A stretch of 64,000 nt of DNA, taken from NCBI GenBank assembly GCA_963740355.1, contig CAVUDW010000003.1:320001-384000 (forward strand), read 5' to 3'. This document shows, in pieces, positions 55,830-64,000 of the stretch. The position numbers were made by a program, and so were the translations under genes. The notes below the pieces were generated by a model, which worked only from the letters and a program-made list of their open reading frames with translations, made no database searches and was not told the DNA's origin. This DNA is from an uncultured Gemmatimonadaceae bacterium. Its GTDB lineage: Bacteria > Gemmatimonadota > Gemmatimonadetes > Gemmatimonadales > Gemmatimonadaceae. Position 1 is the first letter of the stretch, and the number at the start of each line of letters is the position of its first letter.

Positions 55830-57227
55830 TTATCGCACACGAACCATGTGCAGCGTGATCCCCGCACCCGGTTCGTCCAGCACCAGGTTGAGCACCCGCC
55901 CGCCGCGGATGCCTTCGAACGACGCGTGAAACCGACGCGTCCGCCCCTGAAAATTGTTGCCGAACGCGATCGTCCAGTTGTCGACCACGGAGAAATTCCC
56001 CCGGTACGACACGTTCTGGCTGCGGATGCTGCCGACCATTCCAGTCGCACTGGCCACATCCATCTGATACGATGCGCCGGTGAACGACACGGTGGTGTTG
56101 CCACCGGCGTACATCATCCCTGCCGCACGGCCCGTCGCCGCATACACCATGCTCGTGCCCGAAGCGAAATTGTCGCTCCACGTACCGACGAAATCCCTCG
56201 GCGACACCGCGAACCTGTTGCGTCCGGCCATCGCGACCCATCGATCCCATGCCGTCTCGTTCTGCCGGTACGGCCCGAACTCTCGCTCGAACGTCGCCTT
56301 GTCTGGCGTCGCGAACTCCATCCAGTGTGTGTTCCTGTTCGGGTGACTGAACAGCACGACGTACATCCTGCGACCGGTCTCGATGTCGGTGGCCGTTCCC
56401 GCCGCGTAGTTGATCGGTTCGTAGCCGCCAGGGTTATTCCGCTCGACAACGAAGTCCGTCAGGTCACGGTACCGCGGCGCCACCAGCAGATTCCAGAACA
56501 GCGTCGTCTGCTCGGCAAGCACGGACATGTACGCCTTCTCTTCTTCGCGCGCGTAGTGCAGCACCACCCGCAGGTCTCCCTTCGTGACCTTCGTGTAGCT
56601 CTCCCCGATGACACTCGTCCACCCGTCGTCGAAATTCGTCGTGCTGAAGGCAAAGGCGCCCGGCGCAGTTTCCGCCGAGGCAGCGTTCTCCGTGACAGGC
56701 GCAGGCGTACTCGCCACCGCTGGCGGGGTTGCAGGAACGTTCGCGCCCGCTGCCGCTGGCTCGACCGCGGCAACGGCCGTCACCGGCCCCGATGGAGTCG
56801 CTGCTGCTGCGACCGTGACCGAGCGCTGCGAGATCTCGGCAGTGTAGAGCCAGCGATCCTTCTTGCCCGTCACGAACGACAGCAGCACGGACGATGCTCC
56901 GTCCTTGTCGGCGATGCCTGTCGTCGAGTCACGCGCACTCATCGTGACGGTCCAGCCGGAGCGCTGCACCGACGCGATGATCTCCGTCGTGGGTGGCGCG
57001 CTGAGTGAGAGCCGAAACACCTCGAGACGAGGACCGAGCTTCACTCCCTCACGCACCGCATCGAGCTTCAGAGACTCGCGGGCTGTTGCACGGTAGAGAA
57101 AGTTCGCGCTCACCGACGTGCCGTCGGGCAATCCCGTCCCGAGTAATGCCGACGTCACCGATGCGGCAGCCTGCGCGAAGCAGACGGCTGGGACCAGCAG
57201 CATTGCGAGGCCTGCACTGAACTTCAC
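55830..57227 (-). CDS. Secreted hypothetical two-domain protein
   Basis: GTG after AGGAG, signal peptide ending CFA-Q, Ala/Pro linker, then domain starting FAFSTTNFDDGW. Confidence 0.75.
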   Translation of the reverse strand: MKFSAGLAMLLVPAVCFAQAAASVTSALLGTGLPDGTSVSANFLYRATARESLKLDAVREGVKLGPRLEVFRLSLSAPPTTEIIASVQRSGWTVTMSARDSTTGIADKDGASSVLLSFVTGKKDRWLYTAEISQRSVTVAAAATPSGPVTAVAAVEPAAAGANVPATPPAVASTPAPVTENAASAETAPGAFAFSTTNFDDGWTSVIGESYTKVTKGDLRVVLHYAREEEKAYMSVLAEQTTLFWNLLVAPRYRDLTDFVVERNNPGGYEPINYAAGTATDIETGRRMYVVLFSHPNRNTHWMEFATPDKATFEREFGPYRQNETAWDRWVAMAGRNRFAVSPRDFVGTWSDNFASGTSMVYAATGRAAGMMYAGGNTTVSFTGASYQMDVASATGMVGSIRSQNVSYRGNFSVVDNWTIAFGNNFQGRTRRFHASFEGIRGGRVLNLVLDEPGAGITLHMVRVR

Positions 57228-57366
57228 GCCTTGACTCCTGCAAATGGTGATCGACCCGCATCCTCGGGCGTGCCACAAGATCTTCCAACATCTGGCGTAT
57301 TTCTGCGGGTTGCACGCACCCGCAACCGCGAGGTGCACTGGTAGCGTGCCCCGTTCAGTCATCGCT

Positions 57367-59748
57367 TCAGTAGGGCATCCACATGAATGCGTTCGCAAGT
57401 CCGGTGAAGGCCACGAACATTCCCGAAGCACGAGCGCCTGGGTCGTATTGATTGTTCGAACCGAACGCCACGTACGCACCGGTCCGCGAGATCGACACGC
57501 CGCTTGGTGAGTTGTTGGTCATCGTCGTCACGGGACGCGTTTCCCCGGTGATGTTGTTGTGCATGAAGATGTTGCCTTCAGGTGCGCCGAGGTTCTTCGC
57601 GGCGGACGCGAAGGCCACCCACTCGCCGCTCGAAGAAAGTGCGAGTCGGCCACCCTGCTCGACCGGCGAATCACCATTCGCCTCGGCGCCAGACGAGGTG
57701 ACACTGGCCCGCTGCACACGCCCGCTGCGCAGGTCCACGACGAACACATCCTGCAGTCCATTTGCATCGCCCGGCACGAGATTCGTCGCCGTGGTGGCAA
57801 ACGCGACGACGTTGCCATCGCCTGAGATCGCCGGCGCGACTTCGCGGCTCGCACTTTCGTTGCCCTGGTTACGCTCTCCACCCGCAGAGGTCCGACTGAC
57901 GCGTGAGAGGCCGCCCGTACTCTGATCGAAGACGAAGATGTCCCAGAGGCCATTCCTGTCACCGGTGACGAGGTCGGCGGAGAAACTCTGGAATGCGATC
58001 CGCGCGCCGTCCTCGGAGATGGACGGCTTCGAGCCACCCACTGCGCTGCCTTTGACACCGCGTGTCACGAGTGTCGTCTGCTTGGCTTGCAGGTCGCGCC
58101 GATAGACGTTCGGCGTGCTGACGCCAACCACGCCAGGCGTGAGATTGCTCGCGCTGCTGGTGAACGCGACCACGCGACCATCGCCCGATACCGTGGGTTC
58201 GTACGAGTCCGCGTTCCCCTCGACGCCGCCACTGCCGATGCTGATTCGGGTGACTGAAGTGGGGAGCAAGCCATTGGCGGCGGACCACACGAACACATCA
58301 CGCACCTTGTTGCCGTCACCCGGCACGAGGTTGGTGGCATGCGACTCGAAGGCCACTGTCAGGCCGTCAGCTGAAATCGACGGAGCGAAGCTGTCAGCGT
58401 CACCCGGTGTGCCATCGGCGGCGGCGCTGAGCAACTGCGTGTTGCCGGTGAGGCGGTCGCGCCAGTAGACCTGCCGCGCCTTCACCGGCCGATCGACCAG
58501 CCCACTCGCACCCGACATGAACGCCACGAATCGCCCCTCGCCGAAGCCGGCGAACGTGCTCCCTACCGGATCAGCAGCCCCGCCGACGACCGCATCCTTG
58601 CTCTCGTAGAACGTCGCACGCACGGTGCCGGCTGAATTCGTGCTGATGTGTTCGAACCGCGTCTCACAGCCCACGCGCAGACCGGGCTGTCCCTGCGGCA
58701 TGATGCCGATCGCACCTTGGTATGCCACACAGGTCACGTTGCTCCCGACTGGTGTCGCGGTGACGGTGTACGGCGTGCCATTTGCTCGCGGAGGCGCAAA
58801 GGTGAAGCTCTGCTCGTTGTAGCGATCAGTTCCACCGATGAAGACTGGCACCGTGACGGTCAGCGGCACGCCGCTGCCATTCACCGTCAAGGCCGCGCGT
58901 GCACCGACTGGTCCACGCAGGATGCCGCCGAGCGGGGAGGTGCCGCCCGCTCGCGGCCCGATGGTGACCGGGAGTCGCGTACGCGGCGGGATCAGCGTGC
59001 CTGAGCCACGGCCGCCAGTCGGCGCTGTTCCAGGCCCGGGTTCGGCGCCCGCTCCGACCACAGGCGGTGGCGCGGCGGCGGTGCAATTCGCTGTGACATA
59101 GATGTCTGAGTAGGCGCGGATGACGAGCGTGTCACCGACCGACTTCACCGCCCACGGCTCGGCAGCGGTGATGGGACAGGTTCGCCCCGCCGGGCTGCCG
59201 GCGCGCCAGACTCGCACCGTGCTGGCCGCGTCGATCATGCGAGTGAACCCGCCCTGGCGAGTTGGCGCGGTCACGTCGATCGGATCGGCGCCATCCATGC
59301 CGAAGCGGACAGTTTCGCCGTCGGCCGTGCCAAACGCGCGCACGATCACGCTAAACGTCGAGGGCACGTCCTTGCAGTCGGCGAATACGACCAGCGAGCT
59401 GCCAGTGGCGGTCCCGGTCTGGTTGGACAATCGGCAGGTGCGTGGGCCGGCGGTCTGCGTCACGGAATACGCCATCCCGCGCGGGACGGGCTGCGCGAAC
59501 GACTTCGGGTTTTCGTAAGTCAGCCCCGTCCACGACCCCGCGGCGTACACCACCTGCTGGCTGCCAAGTGTGAACGTGAACGCATCGTCCATCGAGCGGC
59601 CAGCGACGAGCACGGAGATCGTGGTGCCGGCGAGGGTCTGGGTTGCACCGTTCCGGGGCGGGAGGGTCTGCTGTGCCCTCAGGAGGAGGGGCATGGCGGC
59701 GACGAGCGTCGCCCCCGAACAGGCCAGCGCACGGAAGGATCGAGTCAT
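57367..59748 (-). CDS. Secreted TolB-like (PD40) beta-propeller protein with N-terminal beta-sandwich repeats
   Basis: Repeated PSISADG..VAF.S.ATNLVPGD.N...DVFV units. N-terminal Cys-paired repeats (YSVT...C...V...C). Confidence 0.85.
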   Translation of the reverse strand: MTRSFRALACSGATLVAAMPLLLRAQQTLPPRNGATQTLAGTTISVLVAGRSMDDAFTFTLGSQQVVYAAGSWTGLTYENPKSFAQPVPRGMAYSVTQTAGPRTCRLSNQTGTATGSSLVVFADCKDVPSTFSVIVRAFGTADGETVRFGMDGADPIDVTAPTRQGGFTRMIDAASTVRVWRAGSPAGRTCPITAAEPWAVKSVGDTLVIRAYSDIYVTANCTAAAPPPVVGAGAEPGPGTAPTGGRGSGTLIPPRTRLPVTIGPRAGGTSPLGGILRGPVGARAALTVNGSGVPLTVTVPVFIGGTDRYNEQSFTFAPPRANGTPYTVTATPVGSNVTCVAYQGAIGIMPQGQPGLRVGCETRFEHISTNSAGTVRATFYESKDAVVGGAADPVGSTFAGFGEGRFVAFMSGASGLVDRPVKARQVYWRDRLTGNTQLLSAAADGTPGDADSFAPSISADGLTVAFESHATNLVPGDGNKVRDVFVWSAANGLLPTSVTRISIGSGGVEGNADSYEPTVSGDGRVVAFTSSASNLTPGVVGVSTPNVYRRDLQAKQTTLVTRGVKGSAVGGSKPSISEDGARIAFQSFSADLVTGDRNGLWDIFVFDQSTGGLSRVSRTSAGGERNQGNESASREVAPAISGDGNVVAFATTATNLVPGDANGLQDVFVVDLRSGRVQRASVTSSGAEANGDSPVEQGGRLALSSSGEWVAFASAAKNLGAPEGNIFMHNNITGETRPVTTMTNNSPSGVSISRTGAYVAFGSNNQYDPGARASGMFVAFTGLANAFMWMPY

Positions 59749-59919
59749 GACGTGGTAGCGGAGATGGGAGACATCCACCAACGTCAGACGTCAGGGTCCG
59801 GCAAACATTCTCAGCCGTCGGGCGGGCGGCGTTCCGAGGCGTGCCGCGTCCCGGCGACGCGCAGGGCGATCGCACGTCGCCGGGCGGTTGCGAATGGCGA
59901 GATCCCGGACGTTGAATCA

Positions 59920-59934
59920 GTGCACTGTCACCGA
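59920..59934 (-). repeat. Single inverted RAYT-associated repeat (one mismatch)
   Basis: GTGCACTGTCACCGA. Confidence 0.88.
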
Positions 59935-59963
59935 ATTCCCGGACTTCCGGCAGTGAGATAGCG

Positions 59964-60632
59964 TCAGTTGCCGCGCGTGGGATTGACCGATCGCGTGGCG
60001 CACGGAACGACACTGTAGAAGAGACGATAGGTGCTCATCGACGCCGTCTCACGGTCGGCGTATGGCTCCGGCGGCCAGGGCACGACGTAGTTCGAAGCGG
60101 CGGCGAGATCCACGACAGAGCTCACCTGAAATGTGCTCTTGGCCGTGGTCGCGCAGGCGCTTTCGAGCGGCGCGGCGCTCGAGGCGCGATCGACGGTCAG
60201 CGCGGCGAACGTCATCGTGCCCCCGTTGGCCACGCTGCCGCCAGCGGTGGGTGTGCCGTTGTCGATCGCAATGTTCGACTCGATCAGGACGCCGGATGAC
60301 GCGCCGTTCAATCGCAACGGCGCCATCTGCGCGATCGCCATACGATTCGCATTCCCGTTGCCACCGCCCACCACCAGCTTGTAGCCCGTCTGCATCGTGA
60401 CCGTGAAGCGGATGTTGCAACGCACCCGACCGCGATTGATCGGGATCGGGAACTGTCCCGCCGCCGCCCAATCCGCAGCGAGAAACCTGCCCGACGCATC
60501 CGCCGCCTGGCTGAACGAGGTGCCGGTACAGTCGCCGGACGCGCTGCCGGCGGTGATCGAGAGCGACTGCGCCGCAGCGACCGAGGGCACCGACGCGAAC
60601 AACAGGGCGAACATGACACCTGGACGGAACAC
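59964..60632 (-). CDS. Secreted hypothetical beta-rich protein
   Basis: GTG after GGAGG, signal peptide ending AAA-Q, four Cys. Confidence 0.7.
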   Translation of the reverse strand: MFRPGVMFALLFASVPSVAAAQSLSITAGSASGDCTGTSFSQAADASGRFLAADWAAAGQFPIPINRGRVRCNIRFTVTMQTGYKLVVGGGNGNANRMAIAQMAPLRLNGASSGVLIESNIAIDNGTPTAGGSVANGGTMTFAALTVDRASSAAPLESACATTAKSTFQVSSVVDLAAASNYVVPWPPEPYADRETASMSTYRLFYSVVPCATRSVNPTRGN

Positions 60633-60806
60633 GACGGCCTCCGATGGATTTCCGAGGGGGCACAGGCCGCGTTGGGGAAGCCAGGTCGCGCGCAGGTGCC
60701 GCTCTCGGGGACACAGGGAGGACTGGTGCACGGCAACTGGGCAACATGCCTTGCCAGGGCGATACTTCCCGACTCAACGGATGCCAGACAGCCCAATTCC
60801 GATGAC

Positions 60807-60904
60807 AAATCCGGTGACAGTGCACTCATTGCAGGCCAATGCCCGTGCGCCTTCGCCGCGCCGTGATCGTCCTGAGGGGATATCTGTGCACTGTCACCGG
60901 ATTT
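60807..60904. repeat. REPIN/MITE-like inverted doublet
   Basis: Perfect 19-bp arms AAATCCGGTGACAGTGCAC (60807-60825 and 60886-60904) around a 60-nt spacer. Confidence 0.9.
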
Positions 60905-60908
60905 ACTG

Positions 60909-62459
60909 ATGCCTGCCACATCCTCCCCTCTCCTCCGCTCGCTCGCCGCCGCACTGCTTCTCTCCGCGTGTGGGGGAGATCCCGCGCCGGCGCCGCTACG
61001 ACTCGCAGTGGACCCGGCATTCTGCGCACAGGTCCAGGCCCCTGCCCCGGCGCTGTCCACCGTCCTCGCACCGCTCGATTCGCTGATGCGCGTGCACACC
61101 GGCGTGCACTCGCTCGAGGAAGGTGACCAGTCGATGGTCGCGCGTGCCTGGCTGACCGCCGCGGCCGAGCGCAGCATCGACGTGCAGTACTTCATCTTCA
61201 CGGGCGACAACGTCGGCTTGATCGCGGTGGACTACCTGCTCCGTGCAGCCGACCGCGGAGTGCACGTTCGGTTGCTGGTGGACGACTTCATGCTCGAGGC
61301 GGATGCTCGGTCATTGCTGGCACTGGATGCCCACCCGAACCTCGAGATCCGTCTCTACAATCCGACGACGAACATCGGGAAGACGCTGCCGACGAAGCTC
61401 TTTTCGCTGGCCACCGATTTCCGCGGCTTCAACCAGCGGATGCACAACAAGACGTTCATCGTGGATGGACGAGTCGTGATCACCGGCGGACGCAATATCG
61501 CCGACGAATACTTCGACTACGACCACGAATACAACTTTCGTGACCGGGATGTCCTGCTGCTGGGTGGTGCCGCAGGCGATGTGCAGCGCTCGTTCGAGAC
61601 GTTCTGGTCGAGCGCACTGAGTGTCCCGGTGGCCTCGCTGGTGCGCGCTGATACTGCGCCGATGGACACGGCCGTCGCGTACCGCTACCTGCATGACTAC
61701 GCCTGCGATCCACATAACTTCTGGCCACAGGTGCGCGAACGCATTGCGGCGGCGCCGGCCACCTTCGACCGCCTGCGTGATTCGGGGGCGGTCGTATGGT
61801 CGGACAGCGTCAGCTTCGTGACGGACCTGCCCGGCAAGAACGCCGGGACCGATGGAATCGGCGGCGGAGGGCGAAGCACCGAGGCACTGATCCAGTTGGT
61901 GAAGGAGGCGCGTTCATCGGTGACCATCCAGTCGCCGTATCTGGTCACGACTGCGGTGAGCCAGCAGCTGTTCCGCGATGCCATTGCGCGCGGCGTGCGC
62001 GTGCGAATCCTCACCAACAGCCTCGCCTCGACCGACAATCTCGACGCCTTCAGCGGCTATCAGCGCGAGCGCGCAACGTTGCTTGCACTCGGCGTCGAGA
62101 TCTACGAGTTCAGGCCCGATGCGGCGGTGCGTCGCCGAATCATGACGGGCGCGCTGCAGACGACCCTCGACTACGCACCGATCTTCGGCCTGCATGCGAA
62201 GTCGATGGTGATCGACGACAGGATCGCGGTGATCGGCACCTTCAACCTCGATCCCCGGAGCGCGAACCTGAACACCGAGTGCCTGGCGGTGGTGCGCGAT
62301 GCGCAGGTGGCGAAGGATCTCGCGCGTGCGATGGCGGTGGACATGCAGCCGGAGAATGCCTGGCACACGACGGCCGCGTTCAATCCGGATGGGGAGGTCG
62401 CGCTGGGGAAGCGGCTGAAGGTCTGGCTGCGGGGGGCGGTGCCGAAGGCGGTGTTGTAG
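60909..62459 (+). CDS. Phospholipase D family (ClsC-like) lipoprotein
   Basis: Lipobox LSA-C, two HKD motifs HNKTFIVD and HAKSMVID, FNLDPRSANLNTE. Confidence 0.92.
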   Translation: MPATSSPLLRSLAAALLLSACGGDPAPAPLRLAVDPAFCAQVQAPAPALSTVLAPLDSLMRVHTGVHSLEEGDQSMVARAWLTAAAERSIDVQYFIFTGDNVGLIAVDYLLRAADRGVHVRLLVDDFMLEADARSLLALDAHPNLEIRLYNPTTNIGKTLPTKLFSLATDFRGFNQRMHNKTFIVDGRVVITGGRNIADEYFDYDHEYNFRDRDVLLLGGAAGDVQRSFETFWSSALSVPVASLVRADTAPMDTAVAYRYLHDYACDPHNFWPQVRERIAAAPATFDRLRDSGAVVWSDSVSFVTDLPGKNAGTDGIGGGGRSTEALIQLVKEARSSVTIQSPYLVTTAVSQQLFRDAIARGVRVRILTNSLASTDNLDAFSGYQRERATLLALGVEIYEFRPDAAVRRRIMTGALQTTLDYAPIFGLHAKSMVIDDRIAVIGTFNLDPRSANLNTECLAVVRDAQVAKDLARAMAVDMQPENAWHTTAAFNPDGEVALGKRLKVWLRGAVPKAVL

Positions 62460-62659
62460 AGCGCGTCACGGCGGCGTCATCTCGTAGTTCGACGGTGGCT
62501 CAGCGCCGAGCAGGTTGCGGACGAAGTAGTCACAGCGTGGCGGATCGCGTATCGAACGCTGATGACCCGCATCCGTCACGATCAGCAGGTCGAAGTCCCG
62601 GTTCGCCTTCTGCATGGCGTCGGCCGAGACGCAGCGTCTCAGCAAACCGCGCCTGACGG

Positions 62660-63391
62660 CTACTCTGGCTTCACAACGTCCTCCGTCGACAATCGATGGA
62701 CATTCGTGTCACCTCGACGGATCAGCAGGCCTGCCATTGAATCCCGAAGCCCCAGCGCTGGCGCGGCTGGTGACGCGCCGAGGAAGATCGATCGTCGATT
62801 GGTGGCTCGAACCGACAGGCCCGCCTGCCCGTCGTCGTGCACCGAGAGCACCACCGCCTCGTCGCCATCCTTGCCATCGAGGCCCAAGACGACACGATCC
62901 TTTCCTGCCACGGTCAACAGGCCGTACCCTGTGCGCTCGAAGCCTTCCGCATCATTGATCGTAATGCCTGGCCCAGCGCCGATGCGCGTGCCGATATTCG
63001 GATCGGGCGTGGAGTCGCCGATGGCCAGCCGATCGTGTCCGTTCTCGTCGAGCACCAGCATACCGTGCATGCTCTGCCGATAGCCCTCGTAAAACTTCAT
63101 GTACTGTTTCGGGTCGGGAAAGCGGGCTGCCCATGCGCGCTCGACGCGCGTGGCATTCGTCCGCAGTCGATTGATCGCACTGGGGATGGGCGCACCAATC
63201 AGGATGCGCTCACGACCACGTGCGTCGACGATAACGATCCCACGGGTGCGGATCACGTCGCGTGTCGCAGGCGCGAAGCCAGCCAAAAGCGCAATCGCAC
63301 AGAGCGCTGCGACCGCGCCAAGGAAACGTCGTTGCGTACGAAGCTGACACTCGAGGGCCGTGATCCGCTCCGCTTCCAGTTGCTCATTCAC
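62660..63391 (-). CDS. Hypothetical protein with coiled coil, TM helix and D.xG.xR beta-hairpin repeats
   Basis: GTG after GGAGAGG. IVDARGRER, VLDENGHDR, INDAEGFER. Confidence 0.72.
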   Translation of the reverse strand: MNEQLEAERITALECQLRTQRRFLGAVAALCAIALLAGFAPATRDVIRTRGIVIVDARGRERILIGAPIPSAINRLRTNATRVERAWAARFPDPKQYMKFYEGYRQSMHGMLVLDENGHDRLAIGDSTPDPNIGTRIGAGPGITINDAEGFERTGYGLLTVAGKDRVVLGLDGKDGDEAVVLSVHDDGQAGLSVRATNRRSIFLGASPAAPALGLRDSMAGLLIRRGDTNVHRLSTEDVVKPE

Positions 63392-63443
63392 GATGCATTC
63401 CTCTCCGAAGTAGTTGAGACTCACATCAAACGACACGCCACCC

Positions 63444-63998
63444 TCACCGGGAGGCGGCTGTACCACCAGTAGCGATTGGTACCATCGCACTGACCACGCG
63501 CTCACCCGCCGCCTGCCACGCAGGCGCAATGACCAGCAGCGCCGCACTGTCTCGCCAACTCTGGAGATCGCGGGGACGCGCAGCGCCGCTGCGGAAGCGC
63601 TCGAGTCGAACGATACCAGACATGTGGCGCAGCCCCGGCAAAACAGTCATGCTCGCCACGTCCTTGCTCTCGTATTCATGCAAGGCGAGTAGACGCTTTT
63701 GACCGCGGTGCAACAGGGCGAAATCGAGATTCGCGATATCGTTCCGCCGCCCTGCCATGGCGCTGCCGAGCATGGCCACGCGCACATCGATGGCCACTCC
63801 CGTGTCGCTGACCTGCGCCGACTCGATCGTGACGCGGTATCCGGGTGCTGGCACCGTCTCTACCGACCCGAGATCGACACGCATCAGCTCCGCGCCGAAT
63901 GACGTGCGCACCTGAATCCGCAGCATGGCGCTGGCCACACGTCCGCAGACACGCGTTGCCGCGCTGCGCGAGAGGTCGAACGCGATGTCCGTTCGGCG
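63444..63998 (-). CDS. Hypothetical protein, 3' part only (5' end beyond window)
   Basis: The frame is open from the window edge to the stop at 63444. Confidence 0.5.
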   Translation of the reverse strand, partial: RRTDIAFDLSRSAATRVCGRVASAMLRIQVRTSFGAELMRVDLGSVETVPAPGYRVTIESAQVSDTGVAIDVRVAMLGSAMAGRRNDIANLDFALLHRGQKRLLALHEYESKDVASMTVLPGLRHMSGIVRLERFRSGAARPRDLQSWRDSAALLVIAPAWQAAGERVVSAMVPIATGGTAASR

Positions 63999-64000
63999 CA

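Noticed and set aside
60739..60756. Sigma54-like box upstream of 59964..60632
   Set aside because: GG-to-GC spacing is 11 nt rather than the required 10.
48812..60904. Classical integron with attC sites
   Set aside because: No tyrosine recombinase (IntI) is present and the repeats lack the RYYYAAC...GTTRRRY attC architecture.

Overview
GC-rich bacterial chromosomal window, gene-dense on both strands. Gene content and style suggest a Gemmatimonas-like organism (inference only). About 50 CDS: an ABC permease flanked by two paralogous unknown genes, a GMC oxidoreductase pair, an ACP-FkbH-acyltransferase-GH44 cluster, several hydrolases, a class II UvrA, a PQQ dehydrogenase, an S9 peptidase, an HNH nuclease facing a vapBC module, an eight-gene MoxR/DUF58/BatA operon, a PA2779-like gene with a C39 peptidase-TPR-POTRA-barrel gene, and a DUF4198/HupE metal cluster. 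The most striking feature is at 48.8-60.9 kb: a Y1 HUH (RAYT-type) transposase sits at the centre of 16 copies of a 15-bp motif CCGGTGACAGTGCAC. The motif was seen nowhere else in the window. It occurs only between genes, mostly points inward toward the transposase, and separates co-oriented cargo genes like cassettes. Two genes carry single-base frameshifts (near 17230 and 44474). No rRNA, tRNA or CRISPR-Cas was recognised. All family calls come from motif recognition by eye, not database searches.
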